Source of the DNA: Octopus vulgaris
Lineage: Eukaryota
Reading direction: 5' to 3'
Assembly (NCBI GenBank): GCA_951406725.2
Contig: OX597815.1
Span: 39,060,001-39,124,000 of the forward strand
DNA length: 64,000 bases
The notes under the pieces were generated by a model that worked only from the letters and a program-made list of their open reading frames with translations, had not been told where the DNA came from and did no database searches. A program made the translations under genes and the position numbers. Every line of letters begins with the position of its first letter. The first letter of the stretch is position 1. Shown here piece after piece: positions 41,089-52,843 of the stretch.

Positions 41089-43100
41089 CCCTTTAATGTT
41101 TAGACCAGCCAAAACTGGCCAAAAATTATTCCCCTTTATTCATTTGAACCAGCCAAATCCAGCCATATTTGATTCCTCTACAAAATCGCTAAAAAAGTAA
41201 ACAAATCACATTACTGAATTCTCAAAGTTTTCCCACCTTTATTCAAGGGAAAATATGGTGAAATTTTTGAGACTACTTGGGGAGGGGGGCTCCAATGTTT
41301 GAAGAGAAGTGTATATCTTTGTTTTTAATGACATGGTGTCAGCAGGTAGCAATTCCAACTTCAAAGGTTTTACTCTTGATGATGTACAAAATATAAATGA
41401 AAACTGATTTGTCTTCAGATGAATCACATTGACATTTACTCTTTTACTTGTTTCAGTCATTTGACTGCGGCCATGCTGGAGCACCGCCTTCATAAATAAT
41501 TTCCTTACAATTAAATATACAGGATTTGAAAAAAAAATTTTTTTAAATAACTTAATTTGATGAGTGATAAAATACTATCTAATCAACAAATATAAATTTC
41601 AATATTTCCAATGGATTTAGTAAAATCGCCCAACTCACTGAACTACAATTTATGAATTTTTATTGTACAAGGAAGATTTTGATAATGAAAGTGATGAAAA
41701 TGATATTGAAAACATTATGGCAACATGGTTGAAGATACTACATCAACCACAATTCCCGATTTCACAGTAAAGACTAGTCCACAATACAGTCTACCTCCCG
41801 ATGCTCAACCATTGGACTATTTTTAATTTTATCGAAAAGTTTTTTTGAAACTGTCACGGAGGAAATAAATCTGCTCAATGTATAATTTCTATCCATGGAA
41901 GACCCGATCCACTATGGTAATCAACTGATACTGCTGAAATGCAAGTTTTTTTTTTTTACTATAAACATTATGTTTGGTATCAAGCAGCTTCCTCAACTGT
42001 GGAACTACTGGAATCCTCATACACGGTATGGTGAACCATACATCTCCAGCGTTATGTCTAACTATAGTTAATTCATATATTTATTATGTAAAAAGCCACA
42101 AGGTACCTCTGCTATCAAAGGACTATGACCATTTAAAATTTTGAGTTGACATTGCATCGCGGTTAAGTGAAGGCTTTTCTTCCAGAAAACACAGAACTGG
42201 GAGAAAAGCAAAATTAACTGAGGTGGATGCCAACAGAGAAAATATTGACTTCCATAAAGTGGAAAAAACAAATGGAAGGAAAAAAATTTGCAGACTGTGC
42301 TCACAGCAAAAAAGAAAAACTACGAAAGGATATCAGGTCGAGACCTCGTATATATGTTTGTTTTGCACAGTGCCCTTGTGTAAAGGGTATTTTGGACAGT
42401 TTCACGATAGAAATATGGTATAACTATATTTTGTTGTTTGATAGTAATACTATCATATATTCCTTTCATTTCATTACAAATAATAAGTGAAAGTAAGAAA
42501 TACGTATTAATTTTCAGTATGTTACACATCTGTATTCACCTTTGCTTCACCTGTTAATGACCTTTTTTTATTAGATGCATTCTGTTATGTAAATGTATTC
42601 ATTAAATTGTATAAGAGTACATAGCCAATGGTATATTGACTAGTAAAAGAGTTTTGTACTTTATTTTCATTGAAAATGTTTGAATGAAATATAGAGAAAG
42701 AAAAAAAATCTTGTACTGATTATACTTGTATTTTAAATAATGTACCACATCTTGAAAAGTGACAAAATTGTTGGCAGTTGATAACTGGAATAATTTTAGT
42801 AACAAATCAAACAGGTAAAATGCATTAAGAATTTCAATTTTAGTATTTAACTATAATGTTATTACTTTTACACCTGTTTTACTTGCCCATAAATGTCATA
42901 TTTAATCAGCAAAATCAGCGAAAATTACATAACTATAATCCACTAGTATATAAGCACCCACTGACAAAATTTAAAATCTGTATGTAAAAAAAAATTAAAG
43001 TCACAAGCAAATATTGTGGACACCCCACTTGAACCTGAATAATTCAAAATAACAAACAAATAAGCATTACATTTGACAGATTAATCTGAACATTAGAGGG
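41089..43100 (+). mobile_element. Internally deleted piggyBac element with TIRs, TTAA duplication and transposase remnants
   Basis: ttaa|ccctttaatgtttaga ... tctgaacattagaggg|ttaa (14/16 match). Remnants: LPPDAQPLDYF (~41791), IMFGIKQLPQLWNYW (~41967) and a C-terminal Cys-rich domain CRLC...ETSYICLFCTVPLC (42223-42423). No DDD catalytic core is visible. Confidence 0.88.
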
Positions 43101-44469
43101 TTAAACTCTTCATTACACATCAGTTACCTGGGACAAGTTATAACTTCTGGTTATGCCATCTTAAATATTTGCTTTGTGTATAATAATCACCCTTAATTTC
43201 TACGTTTAAAAATCTCTAGGCAAAAAGAGCATATTATACACAATTAAATATGTTCAGTAGCAATAGTTGTGCTCAATGAAATGGAAGAAATACTCAGTAT
43301 ATACAGAGTTATGTGCCTACTATGAACACAATGCAATTGTTAGCTGGAGGAAAGTTATTGATTAACAAGCCAGCATCCTATTGACTCCAAAAGTTACACT
43401 TATGGTTTCATTTGGTGCAGGTTAAGTGAAGTAAATAACCCTCTGGATAGGATACCAGCTTATCACAGATAATCATTCTTGTAACTTCTATGGAAACAAA
43501 CTACAATTTATGTATTCCTACTATTTGTTTTTACAATGCTGAGTTGTTCCTGTTTAGAGTTAAATAGACAGGGACATTAGAGAGTTAAATCACTTGGATA
43601 CCAACATAACAGAATTGATGAAATTATATAATTTGTTGCCCACTCAGCTGAGCTTCTTGTATTCTACTGACTGCCATTTACTCTCTTTATATTTTACGTA
43701 ACAACCAACTGATTGTAACAGCCACAATAAATAACTAACAATAACAGAATTAATGGTATTATAGTAATTAACATAATAGTACAAAGTAGATAGTTAACAT
43801 AACACATTCAAATACCTATGTAACACGGTAACAGAGTCGTAAATATTGTTTGATATTTCCTATTCTAAATTTCTGACAAGAACAATAAGAGTATCTATAT
43901 ATGTCTGAAGTGGGGAAATAACATATGCATTTGAAAAACTATCTGAAATATATCCAAACAATGTATGTTACAACAGGGTTTATTTGTCTTGGTGTACTAT
44001 AAAATTTAGGTAGAGGGTAAATAAGGCAAATGTGGTAATTCTGTTGAAAGATTTCTAAGGTGAAAGCATAATGCCATTTACATTCATCAAATACAATCAT
44101 GTTAAAGATGTGAACCTTCTGCAATTCATAACAAAGAAATAAAAGAGGAGTGGAACTATATAGAACCAACGTGACATAAATAGTTACTTACATTCATTTG
44201 GCATTGAGAGATATAGAAAAACAATGAGTTACATAATGCTACTATGTTAAAAGAGATCAGCTGTAATGATATTTAGTAAAGTGCAATCACTGCTTATAAG
44301 CTGTAAAGGTTTTGAAAGATATCAATTTCAAAATGCTAGTAAGATAAATTCCAATCAGCTAAGAAAGAATTAATGTTGTATTTTTCTAATATATTTTTCA
44401 ATTGCCCAAATGATTTAGGCAAATATACTGCTCTAAACATGAGAAATAACTGTGATTAAAAACTTTAAA

Positions 44470-45900
44470 AATACAATTTGTCTGCTCCAATTACATGTAA
44501 TTGATAGCAGGTTTAAATGGATATGGGACAGGGCGTAAGGAAGGATCACAAGTATTGAAATTTCGTGAAACCAGTGACCTGTCTATTTGCAACACCTGCC
44601 TATCAAGTAAAGACACATGCCATATATACTTTACAATAACCAGGAAATGAGATAAAGATTGTTATGGACGCTAAGCCTTTCCAAGGTGAAGAACATACCA
44701 CTCAACACAGTAATTATCAATGACTTCAGAGAAAGAGATAGACTGACCAGAACAACAAAAAAATTTGGAAAAGGAAGATATGGAAGGTGAACAAGCTCTT
44801 GACCAGATGTGGATCCAGAGATGTACTAGCTGATGTGTATGACAGAAGGAAAAAGGAAATAGAGACTTATAAAGAACAACCTGAAGTTTCTACAATATAA
44901 CCTAATGCATAATTATTGCCAGACTGAATGAAGGTGATATGGTTGTGGAACAGTAGATAGAACCATAATAGCTAATAGACAGGCCTGGAAAGACTGAAAC
45001 AAAAAAGGGGCAGCAGAGAACAATACGAGGTGATTAAGAAAAAGCTAGATATCAGGTGTACTTAATAAAGAGGAAGAATCAGAAAACAAAAATTCTGTAC
45101 ATATTCTGTAATATTAGAGGGATAAAGTGTTCCAAATTGTAAGGCAGAGAAATATACAAAACTGAAATGGAGATAAGTGTGAAAAGAATGATAGCAGCAC
45201 ATTTGCCATCAACAATGCCTAAAAGCAATATAGAAAATATTAAAGGTAACTGAATGAGCAGAATGCTTGAGGAAGTGAAGCACCTCAGGTAAACCCAACA
45301 GAAGGATCAGTCATTGGAATTGACAGCTGAATGATCAAAAATGAGATAAAAGATACAGAGGGAAAAAAGGCAGTTGGATTATCAAGGATAGTCACTGGGA
45401 TGCTTATATATTTGGTAAAGTAGGTCCATATCCTAGTCACTTGCTCAGTTAATCAGGCAACACAAGATGTCATACCCAACAATTTACACAGTTTATCGTT
45501 GTAAACTGCTACAAAGGTAAAAGTGAAGTTCTAGAACGAAACCGCTACAGAGGCATCAAAATGTTGGACAAGGTTATGAAAGTTACAGAGAGTTATAGCA
45601 CAACTGATTAATAAAGAGAATTAGCATAGCTAATACACTACTCAGGGATGTGCCATGACAGGGTGCTACCAATGCTCTCTTCCTAATGAAAGATTTACAA
45701 GTGCTTAACTAAGGATACATCACTCTGCCTAGACTTAGTCAATCTGGAAAGAGTTGTTCACAGGGTATCATTTCTATAGTCCAGAAATCACTAAAAAAAT
45801 TAAATGTAGAAGAATGGGTTTTGAAACTTGCACAAGTCATGTACAGAGGTGACATTAACAATCAATGCAGTGAGGTTAACAGTTACTTTGAAGGCATAAA
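44470..45900 (+). mobile_element. Decayed RTE-like LINE
   Basis: YRGIKMLDKVMKVTES at ~45547 and eroded downstream RT motifs; many stops. Boundaries approximate. Confidence 0.65.
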
Positions 45901-46655
45901 CCTAAGTAGAGGTACATTAGGAAACAGCAAAATGTATTATCCTTAGACTGAAGAGATTGTCCAAATGTTTGCAACAGAGCACTCTCCACCAAGGGCGCCA
46001 AAGAGCAAGGTGTTGTCACCAACCAATGTTACAAATTAGCCTGTAGCTACCAAAAAGAGTATGGCATGGCATTTTATTGTGTCACTGAATATTCAGATCA
46101 GTGTCGTAAAAATACGGTTAGAACATTTGGTTGCATGGAGAAAAATGAATACTCGGTGTAATCAATTTTTTACATATCTGATTTTTGCTTCTTAATCTAT
46201 CAATTGTAGCTAATAATGACCAAGATATAAAGAGGGTTGCAGTTCTTTAGTCCTTTGATGAAATTTGTACAAAAATAACCATGCCCATTTTTTGTTAAGA
46301 CTGTAAAAGTGATTTGAGGAAAATTTGGCAGATGTTGCTAGAAGATAGAGTAAAAATATAGAGGCTCTCACAGCTCATAAAATAGGGGTCTGAATATTTT
46401 GTAGATGGCAATATAGAATGCAAGTGAATTAATGCTGAATTTCAAGTCTTATAGAGACATCTAAGTACAACAGTTGAAACATTTGAAATCAACTTTATTA
46501 TTATTAATATTAATGTACCAAACACTAGTAAGCTGTAAAAGATTGGCTTTAAAGTTATTGTAGTTTTCACAAGCATCTCACCCTTGATAGGACGCACAAT
46601 AATGTTGATATCAAATATTACAAACCATGTGATTAAATACTTCAAGTGAGTACTC

Positions 46656-47424
46656 ATATATATACACACATATGCATACATACATACATACATACACACA
46701 TATGCATACATACATACATACATACATATACATACATACATACATATATACATACAATACATACACATACATATATACATACACATACATACATACATAT
46801 ATATATATATATAAATACACACATGCATACATACATATATATATATACATACACACATGCATATATATATATATACATACACACATGCATATATATATAC
46901 ATACACACAGGCATACATACATACATATATACATACACACAGGTATACATACATACATATATATACATACACACATACATACATACATACATATACATAC
47001 ACACATGCATACATACATACATACACACATGCATACATACATACATACATATATATATATATACATACATAAATATAATACATATATATATATACACACA
47101 TGCATACATACATATAATACATATACATACATATACATACATATATATACACACACACACATACATATACACAGACATATACATATATAGATACACACAG
47201 ACATATACATACATACACACATACATATACACAGACATATACATATATATATAGATACACACAGACATATACATACATATATCATCATCGTCGTTTAACG
47301 TCCGTTCTCCATGCTAGCATGGGTTGGACGGTTCGACCGGGGTTCTGGGAAGCCAGAAGGCTGCACCAGGCTCCAGTCTAAATTTGGCAATGTTTCTACA
47401 GCTGGATGCCCTTCCTAACGCCTT

Positions 47425-47480
<56 letters not shown>

Positions 47481-47483
47481 GAC

Positions 47484-47524
<41 letters not shown>

Positions 47525-47529
47525 GACAT

Positions 47530-47572
<43 letters not shown>

Positions 47573-47577
47573 GACAT

Positions 47578-47620
<43 letters not shown>

Positions 47621-47625
47621 GACAT

Positions 47626-47680
<55 letters not shown>

Positions 47681-47728
47681 TATACATACATACATATAAT
47701 ATATATATATATATATATACACAGACAT

Positions 47729-47765
<37 letters not shown>

Positions 47766-47787
47766 CATACACAGACATATACATACA

Positions 47788-47828
<41 letters not shown>

Positions 47829-47951
47829 CATATACATACATACATATATATATATATATACACACACAGACATATACATACATACATATATATATACACA
47901 CACAGACATATACATACATATATATATATATATATATACACACACAGACAT

Positions 47952-47994
<43 letters not shown>

Positions 47995-48319
47995 GAAATA
48001 TACATACATATATATACACACACATATACATACATATATATACACACACATATACATACATATATATATATACACACACATATACATACATATATATATA
48101 TACACACACATATACATACATATATATATATACACACAGACATATACATACATATATATATACACACATATACATATATATATACACACATATACATACA
48201 TATATACACACATATACATACATATATATATATATATACACAGACATACATACACACAGACATACATACATACATATATATATACATATATATGTACACA
48301 TATGTGTAGATATATATAT

Positions 48320-48366
<47 letters not shown>

Positions 48367-48391
48367 TATATATATATATATATATACATAT

Positions 48392-48422
<31 letters not shown>
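46656..48422. repeat. Compound (TA)n/(CA)n/(CATA)n microsatellite array, ~1.77 kb
   Basis: Directly visible; it produces all the Y/I/H/T/V/C/M-rich pseudo-ORFs. Interrupted at 47281-47427. Confidence 0.98.
47281..47427 (-). mobile_element. 3' end of an RTE-related retroposon with (GAT)n tail, embedded in the microsatellite
   Basis: atcatcatcgtcgtttaacgtccg...catgctagcatgggttggacg; related ends at ~28140 and ~60400. Confidence 0.65.
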
Positions 48423-48424
48423 TG

Positions 48425-48990
48425 CATTGGCAAGCTCGCAGCAACAAGGCAATGTATCACACACAATGTTTCTAGTGGCACGGATACTTTGAAAGTGGAA
48501 GAACACTCTTGAAAGACGATGAGTGATCTGGAAGATAAGCAGTCCAGAAGACCTGCCACGAGTGTCAATCCCGGAAATGTGGAGAAAATTCATCAGCTTG
48601 TGCATGAGGATTTGCGGAGGACAATCGACAATGTTTTGAAGTATTTCAGAGAGGACATTTGGTGAAATTGACCAGATCTGTGGCGTGCAAATAATTGGAT
48701 TCTTCACAACGATGCACCCTGTCACTAAGCTCTCCTCACTCGTGAGATTTTCATCAAAAACAACATAGTATTGATTCCACATCCGCAGACTTCCATCTCT
48801 TCCCTAAAATGCAGCCCAAAAGTCACTATTTTAACACTGTTGTTGAGATCAAGAGTGAACGGCAGAAGGTCCACGATTCACTTACAGAAAACAACTTACA
48901 GGCCAGATTTCAAAAGTGGCAGGAACATTGGAACTAGTGTAATGTTGTGCAAGGTGACTATTTCAAAGGAGATGGTGTTAAAATTCCTTT
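48425..48990 (+). mobile_element. Decayed, internally deleted mariner
   Basis: [34 protein letters not shown] (mariner N-terminal/HTH region) followed by remnants similar to 15851-16295. Confidence 0.75.
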
Positions 48991-49571
48991 AAGTGGATTA
49001 CATTCAGTGACTTTCCATGTCATAGTATAATTCAAACAGGTCCGCATAGTGGCACATACCAGGTACAACAGGACATGCTAGGATAAACAGGAAATCAAAG
49101 CCCTAATACAGTGATGTTGTATACACCAAATGTGAAGTATCCCATGCCAAAGTTTGTCTAATAGTACCAAACATAAGCCTAAGTACAACACAGGTACAAA
49201 CCTGATTATACGAAAATAACATAGCTACATGACTGAGATGTTTTGGTGTTTATTACACCTAAAGTAGTTTTACAACATGCTCAGTCATCATCATGAGTAC
49301 TATGTACTATTGCCTGACATTCATTAACCCTAGGCTAGGTTCATCTGTCCTTTTGACAGGCCTTGTTTTGTGCTAAGTTTTAAATAGTCCTTCTCATCAA
49401 GTAAGCCTAGTAGAATTACCAGTTTAGTCACTGACAACACAATCATTTAACAGGTTATATCACACACACACACACACACACACACAATTTTAGTATCCAA
49501 GTAGATTTTCTTCAGCTAGATGACCTTTCTGTTACCAACTCTCACCTGTTTCCAAACAAAGAAATATTCTG

Positions 49572-49618
49572 CATGGTCAGACATGCCCTTGCATTCTGCA
49601 AGGGCATGTCTGACCATG
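49572..49618. repeat. Perfect inverted repeat (22-bp arms, 3-nt loop)
   Basis: catggtcagacatgcccttgca-ttc-tgcaagggcatgtctgaccatg. Confidence 0.95.
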
Positions 49619-50579
49619 GGGACAAATGACATGGCTTGTATGACAGTAACAATCATTTACAACTATCATACCATGTCAAGGCAAGAACACACACAAACAC
49701 ACAGTCTTCTTTCCGTTTCCATTTACCAAAGCCACTCACAAGGTTAGTCAACCCAGCACTTGCCCAACGTGGCACATAGTGAGATTGAACCCTGAAGCAT
49801 ATGATTGAGAAGCAAATTTCTTAACCACACAGTTACACCTGTGCCTATTTCTCTCTCCCTTTTTGTATGTGTGTGTGTGTGTGTGTGTCTGTATGTATGT
49901 GTGTGTGTTTTCAAACTAACACAGAGACTAACATAGAAGAAAGTAAAAGAAAGGAGTAATTAATATGATGCTCAATGAAAGATAAAGAAAATTGAAGTGT
50001 CTTAGATGCTTCAAGACCAAGTTTTTTTTTTCTTCAGAAAATTAAATGAAAAAAGAGTAAAACAAATAAGAATACAAATATGTATTAGTCTGTCACAAAA
50101 TATCTATAAAAACAATAATTTCAACCAAATATTAGCATAAAATATTGATAAATCAAAGCCTCTAAAAATTATTTTGTTATCTATTGTTGTTATCTATTGC
50201 ATGTATTTTCCGAACAGTATTATTGTTGTTATCTATTGCATGTATTTTCCAAACAGTATTAAGATAATATCCACTTAACACATTGCAGGTTTGCATTTCA
50301 CTTTACAGTCAGCTTTAACTTATTACATGTAACATAAATATTTAATAATATCAAATGTCTTCTACACTTTTCTTCCATTCAGAGGAATTAAACATAAAAA
50401 GAAGCAGGTAAAGTAGTAAACAGAAGAAATATTTTAATGAAGATACCAATGAAAACTTATATACAATAACCATTATGTAAAAGTTAAAGGTTTCAGTACA
50501 TAAATCAGCTGGTATATATATGCAGCAAAAAAAAAAAAAAAAAAAAAAAAGTCAGCCAATCATAAGAACAGTTACATAC

Positions 50580-50783
50580 CAGTGATCCTAAAGAGCCTGG
50601 GTAAATACCACCAGTGGATCCACTTAAACTTGAAAGACTGCTTGTTGAACTAGACCGAGAGGAATAACCGGAACCAAGTGAAGAACCAAGATAGTTATTT
50701 CCATTTTTCGCAAGAATGGAGGATCCAGAATTAGCCCCTAAAGATGATGTCGGCAATCCATAGCGATAGGATCCATATGACAT
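50580..50783 (-). CDS. Putative alternative first coding exon of a short MYPT isoform (68 codons, Ser/Gly-rich)
   Basis: MSYGSYRYGLPTSSLGANSGSSILAKNGNNYLGSSLGSGYSSRSSSTSSLSSLSGSTGGIYPGSLGSL ends at CTG|gtatgt (phase 0), compatible with the phase-0 acceptor at 17771. In-frame TAA at 50790-50792 just upstream of the ATG. Higher GC than flanks and not repeat-like. Confidence 0.75.
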
Positions 50784-50960
50784 AATGAATTATATTATTA
50801 TTATTAGATAGATAGATAGAGACTGCAGTGAGATAACTGTTTTCATAAAATAAATTATCAGTTATGGTAAAGTTGTTGTGGCTGTGTCCAATATGTTACT
50901 GCTGCTTGTTTGAGCTCTGTGTCTGGGCCAAAGTTAGAATAACGCCCACAGCAGCAGCAG

Positions 50961-51261
50961 GGGAATTTCCAGTAGCTGCTTAAGATATAATAGTTATTCT
51001 ATCAGTTCAGACAAATAAGAAGCTAAGAACAAGATAGAGTAGCAGGCAATCAAGGAGATATTAGAGAGATAGTAATATAAACATTGAAAAAGAAAATTTA
51101 GAAGGAAGTTCTTTAAAGTTTATAATTTTGGAAAGGGGAGTGAGAAGCAAAATTCATGACTGCTGTTTCAGGCAACACATATGCTTCCTGCTGAAAAGGC
51201 TCAGCTTGTCTAACACACCTTCCTTTCCAAGGATTAATCTATTTTTAGTATTCTGCAACTG
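50961..51261 (-). promoter_or_regulatory. Candidate internal promoter for the short isoform (MEF2 site, E-boxes, TATA, kB-like site)
   Basis: CTATTTTTAG (MEF2 consensus) 51239-51248; E-boxes CAACTG 51256-51261 and CATATG 51178-51183; minus-strand TATAAA 51119-51124; GGGAATTTCC 50961-50970. All lie within ~480 bp upstream of the ATG at 50783. Confidence 0.4.
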
Positions 51262-52432
51262 GTGAGTGAGTGAGAGAGAAAAGAAAGGAAAGGGGTGGGG
51301 GGAAAAATAAAAACAGAAAATAACCACTTAAAAAAGTAAACAAAATATTTATCATGGTAAATTGTTAGTTCTACTACTACAATCAGTGAAAACAATCAGT
51401 AGAAGTTATGAATTGGTCTTCCTATTTCTGGCCACAGAACACATGGGCAAGTGTGAGCAGACAAGGCTAAATTTGAAGAGAATTTTTCAAAACGAAGAAA
51501 TAAGCTACACTGCCAACAGCACACAAACACTGACATTAGTGATGATTCACTTTGTACTCAACAAGTAGTCCAACATGAATTGTTTTACTCCATTACTAGA
51601 TTAAACTTGTCATACTTAAAAACAGGCAGAAATTATTTAAGTACTTTCTTCCCTTACCCACACTAAATTTAGTTTCTGTTCAACTGATGCATTAAATGAG
51701 ATAACTAAATGCAGTATTTTCAATTAATTGCTAAAATAAAAAAATAAAAAAAACAACAACAACAAATGGAAGCCACACTTTCAGGAATGAAGCAAAAGGC
51801 TTGATAAGAATAACAGGCTGATACAATATTTGGAGCTTTGATTCATTTTAAATAAATACCTTGATTCATTTTAAATAAATACTTTGATAACATTATCTGA
51901 GTGTATGTGTGTGAATACATATCATTACTGCTTCAACATCTATTTTTCCACACTTGCAAGAGTCAGACAAGAGTATGCTAGTGCAGAGTTTACTATGGCT
52001 AGATGCTCAACCTGTTGCCAACCTCTACTTGTTTCCAAGTGAGGTAATAATTTCTCAGCTCATCAAAACAACAAACAATACAGACATGATTATAAAGTGA
52101 ACAGGAAACAAAACACCATTTGAACAAGCCAATTGTTTACAAAAATTACACATGTTAAGATGCCTAAATATACTTTCACAGTGGACTGCAAGAAAATGAC
52201 ACCATAGGTGAAGTCACTGTTTACAATCACATGTATAGACAAGGGAAATACCCTCACACAAACACTGAAAATAATCTTTCAGTTGCCATCTACCAAATGC
52301 ACTCACAAGAATTTGGTCGGACTAAGACTATATCAGAAGGCACTTGCTTAATGTGCCCAAAAACATGGTTGAGAGGGAAACACAAATATGCCTCTCGCCA
52401 AAACATATACACAAACATATATAAATGCACAC

Positions 52433-52477
<45 letters not shown>

Positions 52478-52484
52478 TATATAC

Positions 52485-52843
52485 ATATATATAAAGCTGA
52501 AGTTGTCTGTGTGTGGCAGGTTTGGTAGCCTTCAAATAACACTAACTCTTCTGACCAAAATTGAGAGTATGATAGATGAAGGCGTGCTCTTCATTCCGTA
52601 GAAGATAAAATTCAAATTGGACCATGTTAAGACCAAAAATTATTTACATCAAAAAGGTGATTTTTTTTTCTATGAAAATCCCTACTTTTTACAATTTTTT
52701 GACTGCTGTGTCACCATTTTTCAATGTATTTCAACCAGAAAAATGTTCACTTAAAGAGAATAACAAGCTACACAATGCAAAATTTTTACTTCTTAAAAAT
52801 TCCAATTCTAAAGGGTCGAAACAAACCTGAGCGATACTGCTAG
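52485..52843 (+). mobile_element. Possible non-autonomous Helitron-like element
   Basis: Starts in a TA tract and ends gcgatactgCTAG|t, the CTAG-T 3' terminus typical of rolling-circle elements; the subterminal hairpin is not clearly preserved. Confidence 0.4.

Noticed and set aside
46442-48782. Many long overlapping ORFs (up to 455 aa) rich in Y/I/H/T/V/C/M
   Set aside because: They are translations of a TA/CA microsatellite that lacks stop codons in all frames.
50182-50260. Short tandem duplications (39-bp x2 here; similar pairs near 22928 and 51839) as a possible CRISPR-like array
   Set aside because: Only two adjacent copies, no spacers, eukaryotic intron context; ordinary slippage duplications.
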